Positions 8,706-19,331 of a stretch of 64,000 bases of DNA are shown in pieces; the stretch's first letter is position 1; each line of letters starts with the position of its first letter. Source of the stretch: an uncultured bacterium. GTDB taxonomy: Bacteria; Lernaellota; Lernaellaia; JACKCT01. The notes beneath the pieces are model-generated. The model searched no databases. It was not told the DNA's origin and saw only the letters and a program-made list of their open reading frames with translations. The position numbers were made by a program, and so were the translations under genes. The DNA is taken from assembly GCA_964586775.1 (NCBI GenBank), contig CAZPJD010000061.1:2183-66182 (forward strand), written 5' to 3'.

Positions 8706-10784
8706 ATGAGTTTGACGACGAGACGAAATATCGGGATCGCGGCCCACATCGACGCGGGCAAGACGACGGTCACCGAGCGAATTCTGTTCTACACGGGCGT
8801 CACGCGCGCACTGGGCGAGGTCCACGACGGCACGGCCACGATGGACTTCATGAAGCAGGAACAGGAGCGCGGTATCACGATCGCGTCGGCGGCGATTTCG
8901 ACCAAGTGGGACGGGCATGAGATCAACATCATCGACACGCCGGGGCACGTCGACTTCACGATCGAGGTCGAGCGCTCGATGCGCGTGCTCGACGGCATCT
9001 GCGCGGTGTTCTGCGCGGTCGGCGGCGTCGAACCCCAGAGCGAAACCGTGTGGGGACAGGCCGACCGCTACCACGTGCCGCGCATCGCGTTCATCAACAA
9101 GATGGACCGCGCCGGCGCGGACTTCTTCGACGTCGTGGGCCAGATGAACGAAAGGCTCGACGCCAACGCCGTTGCCTACCAGGTGCCGATCGGCGCGGAG
9201 GAAAACTTCGCGGGAACGGTGGACCTCGTTACCGGCAAGGCGTGGATCTTCCGCGATCTGGAAGGCGAAGTGGGCGAGGTGCCGGAGGATCTGAAGGCCC
9301 TCGTCGCGGAGAAGCGGGCCGTGCTGCTCGAAAAACTCGCCGAGTATGACGACGAGATCGCCGAACTCTACCTCGACGAAAAAGAGATTCCGGTCGAGCT
9401 CATCAACCGCATCACCCGCCGGTGCGTGCTGCGTTCGCAGGTCACGCCCGTCTTCTGCGGAGCGGCGTATCAGAACAAGGGCGTGCAAAAGCTGCTCGAC
9501 GCGGTGTGCGCGTATCTGCCGTCGCCGCTCGATCCGCCGGCCGTGACCGGCGTCGACATCGACGACCCCGAAAAGACGCACACGCGCCACCCTACCTCGA
9601 CGGACCCCTTCTGCGCGCTCGCGTTCAAGATCATCCACGATCCCTACGTCGGCCAGCAGACCTTCGTGCGCACCTATTCGGGCGTGCTCAAGGCCGGGCA
9701 GACGTTACTCAATGCGACGAACGGGACCAAGGAGCGCGTCGCGCGCATCATGCGCATCCACGCCAAGGACCGGCAGGAAATCCCCGAGGTCGGCCCCGGC
9801 GACATCGTCGCCCTCATTGGTATGAAGGACACGCACACCGGTCATACGCTCTGCGATACGGTTTCGCCGCTGCTGCTGGAAACCGTGACGATTCCCGAGA
9901 CCGTCATCAGTGTGAAGGTTTCGACCGAGACGCCGAAGGAACTCGAGAAGCTCCACCAGTCGCTGCGCAAGATGTCGCTCGAAGACCCGTCGTTCCGCGT
10001 GCGCGTCATGGAACGCACGAGCGAGACGGTCATTTCGGGCATGGGCGAGCTGCACCTGGAGATCATCGTCGACCGCCTGAAGACCGACTTCAAGGTGAAT
10101 GCGATCGTCGGCGCGCCGTCGGTCGAGTATCGCGAGACGATCACGACGGAATGCGAACACGCCTACAAGCACGTGAAGCAATCTGGAGGAAAGGGCCAAT
10201 TCGCGCACACGGTGATGCGCGTCGAGCCGAACCCCGGCGGCGGCTTCGAGTTCGTGAACCATATCGTGGGCGGTGTGATTCCCTCGGAATTCATCCCCGC
10301 GTGCAAGACCGGCGTGATGGACGCGATCAACAACGGCATCATGGCGGATTACCCCGTCGTGGACGTGCGCGTCGTACTGACCTTTGGCAGTTTCCACGCG
10401 GTGGACAGCTCCGAAATGGCGTTCCGCACCTGCGCGTCGATCTGCTTCAAAGAAGCCTTCATGAAGGCGCGGCCGACGCTGATGGAACCCGTCATGTCGG
10501 TCGAGATCGCGACGCCCGACGACTACATCGGCGATGTCGTGGGCGACCTGAACCGGCGGCGCGGCAAGGTCCACAACATGCGCCGTTTCCGCAAGGGCGC
10601 GCAGAAGATCTCGGCCGAGGTGCCATTGATGGAGATGTTCGGCTATGCCACGACCCTGCGTTCGGTGTCGTCGGGCCGCGCCAACTACTCGATGGAGCTC
10701 GACCGCTACGACGCGCTGCCCGCGCACATGCAGACGAAGGTGCTCGAAGAGGCGCACAAGCGCATGAAGGCCGAAGGCCGCTGA
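8706..10784 (+). CDS. fusA: Elongation factor G paralog (EF-G2-like), standalone and outside a str operon.
   Basis: The G-domain motifs [17 protein letters not shown] and NKMD are present. The protein is 692 aa, with ATG at 8706 preceded by GGAGAGGA. Confidence 0.85.
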   Translation: MSLTTRRNIGIAAHIDAGKTTVTERILFYTGVTRALGEVHDGTATMDFMKQEQERGITIASAAISTKWDGHEINIIDTPGHVDFTIEVERSMRVLDGICAVFCAVGGVEPQSETVWGQADRYHVPRIAFINKMDRAGADFFDVVGQMNERLDANAVAYQVPIGAEENFAGTVDLVTGKAWIFRDLEGEVGEVPEDLKALVAEKRAVLLEKLAEYDDEIAELYLDEKEIPVELINRITRRCVLRSQVTPVFCGAAYQNKGVQKLLDAVCAYLPSPLDPPAVTGVDIDDPEKTHTRHPTSTDPFCALAFKIIHDPYVGQQTFVRTYSGVLKAGQTLLNATNGTKERVARIMRIHAKDRQEIPEVGPGDIVALIGMKDTHTGHTLCDTVSPLLLETVTIPETVISVKVSTETPKELEKLHQSLRKMSLEDPSFRVRVMERTSETVISGMGELHLEIIVDRLKTDFKVNAIVGAPSVEYRETITTECEHAYKHVKQSGGKGQFAHTVMRVEPNPGGGFEFVNHIVGGVIPSEFIPACKTGVMDAINNGIMADYPVVDVRVVLTFGSFHAVDSSEMAFRTCASICFKEAFMKARPTLMEPVMSVEIATPDDYIGDVVGDLNRRRGKVHNMRRFRKGAQKISAEVPLMEMFGYATTLRSVSSGRANYSMELDRYDALPAHMQTKVLEEAHKRMKAEGR

Positions 10785-10800
10785 TCAGTGCAGATTCGAC

Positions 10801-10835
10801 GAAACGCCGGTTCTTCGGGGCCGGCGTTTTTTATT
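10801..10835. terminator. Bidirectional rho-independent terminator with an 11-bp stem and a UUCG tetraloop.
   Basis: AACGCCGGTTC-TTCG-GGGCCGGCGTT is flanked by an A-tract (GACGAAA) and a T-tract (TTTTTTATT). It serves the convergent fusA and the minus-strand secreted-protein gene. Confidence 0.6.
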
Positions 10836-11916
10836 GCGCGTGCAGCGCACGCCGCCAGTGCAGCATGTTGTCGAGAAACAGGAAATTGCACCCGGTGCAA
10901 ACGTAGCCCGCCTTGCCGATACCCTCGGTCCAGTGGTGCTCCAGCAAGCCCTCGCCCAGCAAATCGCGCTTCATCCAGCCCAGACTGTCGAGGACCGCGT
11001 CTCGATGGACCATCTCGTCGGTGAGTTCGAACAGCGCGATCAGCCCGCGCTGCGCCATCAGGTTCTTCGAAAAGTGTTTGACGTTGTCGCCGGGCTCGTT
11101 CCAGAACGCGCCGCGGTCGCCGTCGTGCAGCTCCGTCATCATCGCGTCGAAGAGATCCCGTGCTCGCTGTTCCATCATCGCGTCATCGGCGAGCCGCGCG
11201 TACTGAGCCGTCGCCGCCAGCATCACGCCGTTCGACATCAGATAGCCGTCGTCGAATAGCCCCGTGCCCGCGTCGTACTGCTCCGCAAAGGCCCAGTCGA
11301 TCAGGTCCTTCGCCCAGTCGAGAGCCTGCTGCCGCTCATCGGCCCGCTTGTACCGGGCGACCTCGTTGTCGATGTGCGCCATGAAACCCACGATGGTGGA
11401 GGCGGGCCAGTATTCGTCGGCCATGGCCTCGGCCACGGGGATCGCGATCAGGTTCACCAACGGCGGCAGCAGCCGCGCATAGGTGTCGAACGCGGGATCG
11501 ACGTTGTAACGATAACCCCACCACAGGGCGAGCGCGCCCATCGCCGCCTGTTGAAGCGCGTCGACATCGCCTCCAAACCCGGCATCGAGAAGCGCGAGTT
11601 CCCAGCGGCAGGTCTGCTCGCCCATCGCCACCAGATCCTCGTCGCCGCTCTCATAACCCCAGGCGAGCAGGGCCTCCGGCGCGAAAGTCGTGGCGTCGTC
11701 CATCAGGTCTTCGTCCCAATTGCCTTCGGGGTTCCAGTACCCCGTGACGAGCGTGTCGAGAACGAGGTTGAAGAGTTCCCAATAAGGGACATCGGGACCT
11801 GCGGGCAGGGCCCCGTACTTCGCCTGCGCGTGGGGCGTCGCGTCGGAAACGGCGGCGAATCCCGTGAGTGTCGCAAGAACCAGAGCCACAACAGTCGCAA
11901 CCACGCCCGCGCGCAT
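10831..11916 (-). CDS. Secreted hypothetical protein, possibly an (alpha/alpha)6 six-hairpin-like fold.
   Basis: ATG at 11916 is preceded by GGAGGT. A signal peptide (MRAGVVATVVALVLATLTGFAAV) is followed by a W/Y/D-rich helical protein. The N-terminal 233 aa of the ORF-track entry is an Arg/His-rich artefact. Confidence 0.5.
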   Translation of the reverse strand: MRAGVVATVVALVLATLTGFAAVSDATPHAQAKYGALPAGPDVPYWELFNLVLDTLVTGYWNPEGNWDEDLMDDATTFAPEALLAWGYESGDEDLVAMGEQTCRWELALLDAGFGGDVDALQQAAMGALALWWGYRYNVDPAFDTYARLLPPLVNLIAIPVAEAMADEYWPASTIVGFMAHIDNEVARYKRADERQQALDWAKDLIDWAFAEQYDAGTGLFDDGYLMSNGVMLAATAQYARLADDAMMEQRARDLFDAMMTELHDGDRGAFWNEPGDNVKHFSKNLMAQRGLIALFELTDEMVHRDAVLDSLGWMKRDLLGEGLLEHHWTEGIGKAGYVCTGCNFLFLDNMLHWRRALHAQ

Positions 11917-11975
11917 CACGCACCTCCGATGACTTTGGCGCATGATACCACGTTTCGGGCGGATGTAAGGAGACT

Positions 11976-12908
11976 TCACACGAACGTGTGCCAGCCGTGC
12001 GCGTCGGGCAGATCGCCCTGGATGTAGGCGAAAAAGCGCTCCTGCACCGCTTTCGTGATCGGCCCGCGCTTGCCCGAGCCGACGGGAATCTTGTCGACGC
12101 TCGCGATGGGCGTGACCTCGGCGGCGGTGCCGGTGAAAAACACCTCGTCGGCGATGTAGACCATCTCGCGCGGGATCATGCCCTCGACGACCTCGTAACC
12201 GAGTTCCTTGAGAATCGTGATGACGCTGTCGCGCGTGATGCCCGGCAGCACCGAGTTGCCCAGCGGCGGCGTGATGACGCGCCCCTGACGCACGACGAAG
12301 ATGTTCTCGCCGGAGCCCTCGCTGACGTAGCCGTTGGTGTCGAGCGCGATGCCCTCGGCGTATCCGTTCAGCACCGCTTCCATCTTGATGAGCTGGCTGT
12401 TCGCGTAGTTCGCGCCGCACTTGGCCATCGCGGGCATCGTGTTGGGCGCGAAGCGGTTCCAGGTCGCGAACATCACGTTCACGCCTTTTTCCAACGCGTC
12501 GGGCCCCAGGTACGCGCCCCATTCCCAAGCGCAGATGAAGGTCTCGACGGAATTCTGAAGCCCGTTCACGCCGAACGGCCCCGTGCCGCGAAACACGATG
12601 GGGCGCAGGTAACACGACTTGAATCCGTTGACCCGCACGGTTTCGAGCATCGCGTTCTTCAGATCGTCATACGCGTAGGGAATCGCGATGCGATACATCT
12701 TCGCCGAGTCGTAGAGTCGCCGGACGTGTTCGTCGAGCCGAAAGACCGACGAGCCCTTTTTCGTCTCGTAGCAGCGGATGCCCTCGAACACGCTCGATCC
12801 ATAGTGCAGGGCGTGCGACATGACGTGGATGGTCGAGTCCTTCCAGTCGATGAACCCGCCGTTTTTCCAGACCTTGGTGCTGCCGGGAATGTCCGAAAAT
12901 GCCGTCAT
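11976..12908 (-). CDS. ilvE: Branched-chain amino acid aminotransferase.
   Basis: Full-length similarity to class IV aminotransferases, including YGSSVFEGIRCY, the catalytic-Lys region and GTAAEVTPI. Confidence 0.9.
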   Translation of the reverse strand: MTAFSDIPGSTKVWKNGGFIDWKDSTIHVMSHALHYGSSVFEGIRCYETKKGSSVFRLDEHVRRLYDSAKMYRIAIPYAYDDLKNAMLETVRVNGFKSCYLRPIVFRGTGPFGVNGLQNSVETFICAWEWGAYLGPDALEKGVNVMFATWNRFAPNTMPAMAKCGANYANSQLIKMEAVLNGYAEGIALDTNGYVSEGSGENIFVVRQGRVITPPLGNSVLPGITRDSVITILKELGYEVVEGMIPREMVYIADEVFFTGTAAEVTPIASVDKIPVGSGKRGPITKAVQERFFAYIQGDLPDAHGWHTFV

Positions 12909-13100
12909 GAACCCCTCCGAAACGCATGGCGCAAATCAATAAGCGGCGTGCGCGACGCGAAAAAGAACTTAGGGGAATCAAACGACAAAATCAAGAAAAA
13001 CCGCTGCGCGAATCGCGCGCGAACCCTATGAAAGCGCGCCCCGACATGCGACAAGATCGCGCGCACCCGCGCGGTCGCGGGCGCATCCACGGGTTCAGCC

Positions 13101-13997
13101 ATGCAGGACGCACTGGTCCAGATCCGCGACGACATCTTTTTGATCGTCGGTCCGTTTCGCGGAAAATTCCCCGACGCTTTCAGCTTTCTCATCACCTCCG
13201 ATCCCGTCACCGTCGTCGATACGGGGTTCTCTCCCGACATCGCAGAGTGGATCCGCGACAAATTCCATCCCGCGCGCATCGTCAACACGCACTCCCACAT
13301 CGACCACTGTCGGCAAAACGTCGTCTTTGCCGGGTGCGAGATCTGGGTGCCCGAGATGACCGCGGAGACCTTTGGCGTCGTCGACCTGCTCGCGCCCAGA
13401 TTCTGCGACGAACCCGAGGTCTCCGATGCCTGGTCGCACGCGATCCGTCACGATCTGATGTACCTCGAGGCGCGCCCCGCATTTACACACACGTTCGGCG
13501 ATGGTCACCTCTTCGACGGCGGGCGCGTGCGTCTGCGGGCCATTCACGCACCGGGTCACTTGGAAGATCACTTCGTCTTCTTCGAGGAAAACTCGGGGCT
13601 CGCGCTCACGGTGGATATCGATCTGACGAAATTCGGGCCGTGGTACGGCAACCCCGAGTCCGACGTGCTCCGATTCCGCGCATCGGTCGAGGCCGTGCGC
13701 GCGCTGCGTCCTCGCGTCGTGGCGTCGGCGCATCGCATGCCGATCGTGGAAGGGGCCGACGCGGAACTGGCGGCCTATGCGCGGCGCTTCGACGACAACG
13801 GCGAAATGGTCCTGTCGCTTTTGACGAAGCCCGCCACGATGGCCGAACTCATCGAAATCAAGCCGTTCTATCGCACGCACCCGCACCGCCGCACGCTGCT
13901 TCGCTACTTCGAAAAACAGATGATCGGCAAACACCTGCGGATTCTGATCGAAGACGGTCGCGTGACCCTGCGCGATGGAGTTTTCGCGCGCGCCTAG
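13101..13997 (+). CDS. MBL-fold metallo-hydrolase.
   Basis: The THSHIDHC (HxHxDH) motif is present. The gene is divergent from ilvE across a 192-nt intergenic region. Confidence 0.8.
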   Translation: MQDALVQIRDDIFLIVGPFRGKFPDAFSFLITSDPVTVVDTGFSPDIAEWIRDKFHPARIVNTHSHIDHCRQNVVFAGCEIWVPEMTAETFGVVDLLAPRFCDEPEVSDAWSHAIRHDLMYLEARPAFTHTFGDGHLFDGGRVRLRAIHAPGHLEDHFVFFEENSGLALTVDIDLTKFGPWYGNPESDVLRFRASVEAVRALRPRVVASAHRMPIVEGADAELAAYARRFDDNGEMVLSLLTKPATMAELIEIKPFYRTHPHRRTLLRYFEKQMIGKHLRILIEDGRVTLRDGVFARA

Positions 13998-15178
13998 TCG
14001 TCGCGATCGGCGCGGTGCCACGTCTTGGGCGGGCGCAGCCGCGCCAAGACGGCGAGTGCGACCTTCCACACGATAAACATCGGCGCAAGCGCGAGGCCCC
14101 GGATCACCGCCGAACGGGGGCGCGTCTTGACGACACCGACCAGCGTCGCCGCCGCCAGCATCGCGAGGCCAATACACGACGCCAGCCAAACCCAGGGCAG
14201 CACGAAGTGGCAGGCGCCGAGCGCGAGCACGACGAGCGCTGCGGCGTTGATGGCGTAGCCCGGCAGCACCACGTCCATGGTGAGTTCCCACAGCGGCCAT
14301 GAATGTTCGCGAATGGCCTTGCGTCGCGCGTAGCGACCGAGGGTTCTCGCCACCTGCGCCTGCCCGCCGCTCCAGCGCTTGCGCTGCCCGGCTGCCTTGG
14401 CAAATGAAGAAGCCTTCTCGGAACGCACCGCGACGGAATCGACGAAGCGTGGAAACACGCCGAGCACGGCAAGGCGCAGTGTCTGCTCGAAATCTTCTGC
14501 GACGGAAAAACTCATCCATCCGAAATTTCGCAGCGTGCTCCCCGCGAGGCACCAGCCGTTCATCAACGGGGCGGGGAGCCCCAGTCGCGCGCGCCCCGCG
14601 TAGGTGCCCGCGTTTTTCATCGTGTTGGTCAACGTCGAGAGCGCGGCCAAAGACGAGCGTCCCGGATCGCGCGCGCCGTTGTAGCCTTGCACGGCGGGCG
14701 CACCGTCCTGAATCGCCGCGTCGAGCACCGCGAGATAACCCGCGTCCACGACCGAATCGGCATCGAGGCACACCAGCGCGTCGTCGTCGGCCCACGTTCG
14801 AGCACAAATGAACCAATCGAGAGCAAAGCCTTTGCCGCGCTTGCGCAAGGCGCGTCGCTCGACGACCTTCACCCCGGCTCGCCGGGCGACATCGGCGGTC
14901 GCATCGTCGCAGTTGTCGGCGAGCACGACGATCTCGAACAGATGCGGGGGGTAGTCGAGCGCGCGGGCGGATTCGATGGTGCGCCCGACGCCCGCTTCCT
15001 CGTTGTGCGCGGGAATCAGGACGAAAAACCGAGTACGCGCCTCAGGGAGTTTGAGTTGGGGACGGTGCGCGACGAGGGCGACGAGCGAGAATGCCGCGTG
15101 ACGCAGGGCCGCCGCCGCGAAATAGACCGCCAGCACGAAGGCCAGAAACTCAAGGAGGCGAAGGACAATCCCGATCAC
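13994..15178 (-). CDS. Glycosyltransferase family 2, membrane-integrated.
   Basis: The GT-A signatures VLIPAHNEE, DxD (CLDADS) and the QxxRW-like motif QRKRWSGGQ are present. Multiple TM helices occur at both ends. The start is GTG, overlapping the upstream GT4 stop (GTGA). Confidence 0.8.
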   Translation of the reverse strand: MIGIVLRLLEFLAFVLAVYFAAAALRHAAFSLVALVAHRPQLKLPEARTRFFVLIPAHNEEAGVGRTIESARALDYPPHLFEIVVLADNCDDATADVARRAGVKVVERRALRKRGKGFALDWFICARTWADDDALVCLDADSVVDAGYLAVLDAAIQDGAPAVQGYNGARDPGRSSLAALSTLTNTMKNAGTYAGRARLGLPAPLMNGWCLAGSTLRNFGWMSFSVAEDFEQTLRLAVLGVFPRFVDSVAVRSEKASSFAKAAGQRKRWSGGQAQVARTLGRYARRKAIREHSWPLWELTMDVVLPGYAINAAALVVLALGACHFVLPWVWLASCIGLAMLAAATLVGVVKTRPRSAVIRGLALAPMFIVWKVALAVLARLRPPKTWHRADRDD

Positions 15179-16284
15179 GACGCCACCTCGCGGTAGATCG
15201 TCGCGACCCGCTCGGCCATTGCGTCGGCGGTGTAATCGCGCACGAACCGATCTCGCAGCGCGGCGCCGATCGTTGCGCGCTTCGACGCTTCGCGAACGAG
15301 TGGAATCAACCGCTCCGCCAGCATATCGACGTCGGGCGGCGCGAGCAGATCGTCAAGGCCGGAAAGGATTTCGGGGATGCCGCCGACGTGCGAGCAGACG
15401 GCGGGAATGCCCGCGCGCATGGCGGCAAGCAATGCCTGCGGCACCCCTTCGGAGTCGGAGGGCATCAGCAGAATGTCGAATGCGTCGATCACGTCGTCGA
15501 TGTCCACCCGAAAGCCGAGAAAGCGAACGCGATCGTCGATGCCCAGGTCGTGCACACGAGCGACGCACTGGGCGCGCAGTGGTCCGTCGCCCGCCATGGC
15601 GAATCGCGCCGACGCCGCGCGCTCACAGACTCTTTCAGCAACTTCAATGAAACGCAGCGGCGCTTTCACGGGATCGAAGCGCCCGACGAATCCAACGACG
15701 ACATGATCGTCCGCGAAGCCCCACTCGTCGCGAAGCCGCATTCGCGTCGCGTCATCCTTCACGCGCTCGGCGAGGCCGTTCGCCACGACGCGCAATCGCG
15801 AATCGTTCACGCCCGAAGAACGAAGCTCTTGGGCGAGCGGCTTCGAGACCGCGATCACGCGATCGGCGTGGCGCGCCGCGTGGCGATCGAGCGCCATATA
15901 CGCGCCCATCTTGAGCCCATTCCAACCGGCGAACGGTTCGCGGTGGCCGTGAATGGTGATGACGTGCGGCTTTCCCGCCAGGCGCGCCGCGCGCGATGCG
16001 TGAATATTCGCGAGATAGCCGTGAGAGTGGACGACATCGACTTCGCGAGCGAGGTCGGCAATCTCGCGGATCGGTGCGGTGTCGAACTTCGAGCGACGAT
16101 GAAGGATGCGGCATTCGACGCCCAGGGCACGCAGTTCGCGCGCGAGTTGTCCGCCAAAAAACAGCGCCGCGTGCACGCTCACATCGCCGCGAAACGCGTT
16201 CGCCAGCGCCAGGACGTGCGTCTCGATCCCGGCGAACGCCGCGCCCTCGGCAACCTGCAATACGCGAAGCGGCCGTGCCGACAT
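15175..16284 (-). CDS. Glycosyltransferase family 4 (GT-B).
   Basis: The C-terminal EX7E-type region is present (SDSEGVPQALLAAMRAGIPAV; GFVGRFDPVKAP). Confidence 0.8.
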   Translation of the reverse strand: MSARPLRVLQVAEGAAFAGIETHVLALANAFRGDVSVHAALFFGGQLARELRALGVECRILHRRSKFDTAPIREIADLAREVDVVHSHGYLANIHASRAARLAGKPHVITIHGHREPFAGWNGLKMGAYMALDRHAARHADRVIAVSKPLAQELRSSGVNDSRLRVVANGLAERVKDDATRMRLRDEWGFADDHVVVGFVGRFDPVKAPLRFIEVAERVCERAASARFAMAGDGPLRAQCVARVHDLGIDDRVRFLGFRVDIDDVIDAFDILLMPSDSEGVPQALLAAMRAGIPAVCSHVGGIPEILSGLDDLLAPPDVDMLAERLIPLVREASKRATIGAALRDRFVRDYTADAMAERVATIYREVAS

Positions 16285-16286
16285 GC

Positions 16287-17081
16287 TCAGTGTTTCTTAG
16301 CTCGCAGGGTCATGACGCCGTTTGCGAGGATCTGCGGAAAATCCGGCGCGGAGACCGCCGCGGTTTGCGCCATCACCTCGCTGTCGAAGCTCGTCATACG
16401 CTCCATCGACGTGGACCAGTCGATCATTCGCTTGGCCAGCCCAAGGGCGCGCGCGGGCCGCGCAACGAGTCGTTCGACCAGCGCGGCGGTGTGCGCTTCG
16501 AGTTCCGCTCGGGAGCAGACCTCGTTGACGATGCGAAGCGCGAGCGAGGTCTGCGCGTCCACGGCGTCGCCCAGCAAAATCAGTTCCTTCGCGACCGCGG
16601 GTCCGACCATGCGCGTGAGGCGCGTCGTGCCGCCGCAATCGGGAATCAGGCCGAGGTAGATTTCGGGAAGGCCGAAGCGCAAATCGTCGGCGGCGATGCG
16701 AAAATCGCACGCGAGCACGATCTCCATCGCAAGGCCCAGCGCATGACTGTGTAGAACGGCGATCACCGGTTTTTCGAGCGTTTCGATGCGGTTGATGACC
16801 TGCTGGATGCGCCGGGCTAGCTCGCGCAAGTGCAGGCCGCGCTCGGTCTCGTCCACGCCACCAAGCCCCGCTACGGCGGTGATGTCGATCCCCGCCGAAA
16901 AGCACGCCCCCTCGCCGGCGAGCGTGACGACACGCACGTCGGAGCGCAGCGCGAGGTCGTCGAGATGCCGACCGAGCTCGAGAACCACGTCCACGTTGAT
17001 GGCATTGCGCTTCTCGGGACGGTTGATGACGAGGCGCGCGACGGCGCCGTCCACAACGCATTTGACCGCTTCGGTGCTCAT
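16287..17081 (-). CDS. Enoyl-CoA hydratase/isomerase (crotonase) family protein.
   Basis: The crotonase-fold motifs AVRVVTLAGEGACFSAGIDI and ACDFRIAADD are present. Confidence 0.8.
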   Translation of the reverse strand: MSTEAVKCVVDGAVARLVINRPEKRNAINVDVVLELGRHLDDLALRSDVRVVTLAGEGACFSAGIDITAVAGLGGVDETERGLHLRELARRIQQVINRIETLEKPVIAVLHSHALGLAMEIVLACDFRIAADDLRFGLPEIYLGLIPDCGGTTRLTRMVGPAVAKELILLGDAVDAQTSLALRIVNEVCSRAELEAHTAALVERLVARPARALGLAKRMIDWSTSMERMTSFDSEVMAQTAAVSAPDFPQILANGVMTLRAKKH

Positions 17082-17123
17082 GAAATTCCCCCGAATGGAG
17101 CCCGGCGGCGGGCTGGGCGCATG

Positions 17124-19331
17124 CTAGGAGGATTCGAGGGTCGGAACAAGCGAGCCCGACATCGCGCGACGCAACCGCTCGGCGAGCAGGCCGTAGCGGC
17201 GGCTCACATCATCGTTGCGAATCGCGAGTTCGAGCGCTCGGCGGCTGCCGACGATGACGACCAGGCGGCGTGCGCGCGTCACGGCGGTGTAGAGCAGGTT
17301 GCGCTGGAGTAAAATGAAGTGCTGCGTCGATAGGGCGACGATCACCGCGGGATACTCGGAGCCCTGCGACTTGTGGATGCTCGTGGCGTAGGCGAGGGCG
17401 AGGTCGTCGAACTGCGCGCCCTCGACCTTGACGGTCACGCCGTCGAAATCGACGTTCAAAAACCGCCCCGTCGCATCGATGTAGTTCACGCGTCCCAGAT
17501 CGCCGTTGAAGACGCCGCGATCGTAGTCGTTGGCGGTTTGCAATACACGGTCGCGCACACGAAAGATCCGCTCGCCGCGCCGCAGCTCGGCCCCCGACGG
17601 GTTGAGCGCGAGTTGCAGGCACTCGTTGAGCCGACGCACCCCGATGTCGCCCTTGTGCATCGGCGTCAGCACCTGAATGTCGGCCAGCGGATCGAGGCCG
17701 TAACGCTTCGGCAAACGCTTTGTCACGAGATCGACGATGGTGTTCTGCGCGCCCTCGGGGTTGTCGCGCTGGATGAAAAAGAAATCCGCTTCGGCGTCGT
17801 CGGTCAGCACCGGTTCCTGACCGCGGCGAATGCGATGCGCGTTGGTGACGATCAGGCTCCGCTCCGCCTGCCGGAAGATCTCGGTGAGCCGCGCGACGGG
17901 AATCTCGCCGCATTCGATCAGATCGCGCAGCACCGACCCCGGTCCCACCGACGGCAACTGATCGACGTCGCCAACGAGAATCAGGTGCGTGTGCGCCGCG
18001 GCCGACATGGCGATCGTCGCCATCATCTGCACGTCGATCATCCCCGCCTCGTCCACCACCAGCACGTCAGGGTCGAGTCGCGCCGCCGAAAAGCGCGCCG
18101 TCACGCCGGGGCGTATTTCGAGCAGCCGATGCAGAGTCTTCGCCTCGCGCCCGCACGCCTCGGAAAGGCGCTTGGCCGCGCGGCCCGTGGGCGCGGCGAG
18201 CACCACGCGGCCCTTGAGCGCCTCCGTGATCTCCACGATCGCGCGGATGATCGTGGTCTTTCCCGTGCCCGGCCCGCCCGTGATGACGGCGACCTTGTCC
18301 TTGAGCGCGTTTCCGACCGCGGTGGACTGCGTCGGCGAGAGCTCGATGCCCTTTTTTGTCGCGAGCCACGCAATCGCCTTGGCCGCGTCGAACTCGCGAA
18401 GGCGCGTCGGGCCGGATCGGATCCCGCGCAATCCGCGCGCAACGGCGGTTTCGGCGTCGTGCAGTTCCTTCAAGAACACCGTCGGCTCTTCGGACGGGTC
18501 CACCGCATCGGCGACGACAAGCCCGCGCTCGGTGAGCTTTTCGAGCGCCTCCTCGGCCCGGTGGGCATCGATGCCGAGTTGATCGGCACACGCGCGGCAG
18601 AGCCCGCCGCGCACGTATCCCGTGTGACCTTCGCCCGCCATCTCCGACAGAATGTGCACGAGCCCCGCTTGTGCGCGGTCGACCGAGTCGTGCTCGATTC
18701 CCAGCGCTTGGGCGATTTTGTCCGCTGTGGCGAAACCGATGCCTTTGACGTCGAGGGCGAGCTCGTAGGGATTCGCCTTGAGCCGCCGGATTGCGTCCTG
18801 GCCGTAATGTTTGACGATTTTCCCGGCGAGCGACCGCGGCACGCCCACGCTCTGCAAGAAGACCACCAGCTCGCGCCAGTTCCTCTTGGCGGTCCACACC
18901 GACGCGAGCGACGCGCCGCGCTTCGCGCCGATGCCCTCGACCTCCATCAGCCGCGCGGGATCTTTGTCGAGAATCGCGAGCGATTCCGGTCCGAAGTGGC
19001 GCACGATGCGCTCGGCCATCACCTTGCCGATTCCCGGTACGACACCCGACGCCAGATAACGCGCGATGCCCGCGGGCGTGCTCGGCAGGATCGGCTGGTA
19101 CGAACGCACCCGAAAACGCATTCCGTGGCGCGTCTCCTCGCGCCCACCGACAACCTCGAGTTCCTCGTCGACGTGAACGTCGAACAGATCGCCCGCGATG
19201 ATTTCCTCGCGGCCATCGACGAGCGCGAGGCGGCAGATCGCGAAGCCCGACTCCTCGTTGGCGAAGACAATGCGCGTGACGCGGCCGCGAAGCGACTGCT
19301 CGCCGCCTCCAATCAGCGAAGTCTGCGTCAT
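17124..19331 (-). CDS. recD2: RecD2-type SF1B ATP-dependent DNA helicase.
   Basis: The ATG at 19331 is confirmed by reverse complement. The protein has Walker A (ITGGPGTGKTT) and LVGDVDQLPSVGPG, plus an HhH region and a C-terminal SH3-like domain. The ORF-track N-terminal extension was discarded. Confidence 0.85.
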   Translation of the reverse strand: MTQTSLIGGGEQSLRGRVTRIVFANEESGFAICRLALVDGREEIIAGDLFDVHVDEELEVVGGREETRHGMRFRVRSYQPILPSTPAGIARYLASGVVPGIGKVMAERIVRHFGPESLAILDKDPARLMEVEGIGAKRGASLASVWTAKRNWRELVVFLQSVGVPRSLAGKIVKHYGQDAIRRLKANPYELALDVKGIGFATADKIAQALGIEHDSVDRAQAGLVHILSEMAGEGHTGYVRGGLCRACADQLGIDAHRAEEALEKLTERGLVVADAVDPSEEPTVFLKELHDAETAVARGLRGIRSGPTRLREFDAAKAIAWLATKKGIELSPTQSTAVGNALKDKVAVITGGPGTGKTTIIRAIVEITEALKGRVVLAAPTGRAAKRLSEACGREAKTLHRLLEIRPGVTARFSAARLDPDVLVVDEAGMIDVQMMATIAMSAAAHTHLILVGDVDQLPSVGPGSVLRDLIECGEIPVARLTEIFRQAERSLIVTNAHRIRRGQEPVLTDDAEADFFFIQRDNPEGAQNTIVDLVTKRLPKRYGLDPLADIQVLTPMHKGDIGVRRLNECLQLALNPSGAELRRGERIFRVRDRVLQTANDYDRGVFNGDLGRVNYIDATGRFLNVDFDGVTVKVEGAQFDDLALAYATSIHKSQGSEYPAVIVALSTQHFILLQRNLLYTAVTRARRLVVIVGSRRALELAIRNDDVSRRYGLLAERLRRAMSGSLVPTLESS

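Noticed and set aside
10831-12615. 594-aa version of the secreted-protein ORF.
   Set aside because: The N-terminal 233 codons are Arg/His-rich and run antisense through ilvE. The signal peptide and a GGAGGT RBS define the true start at 11916.
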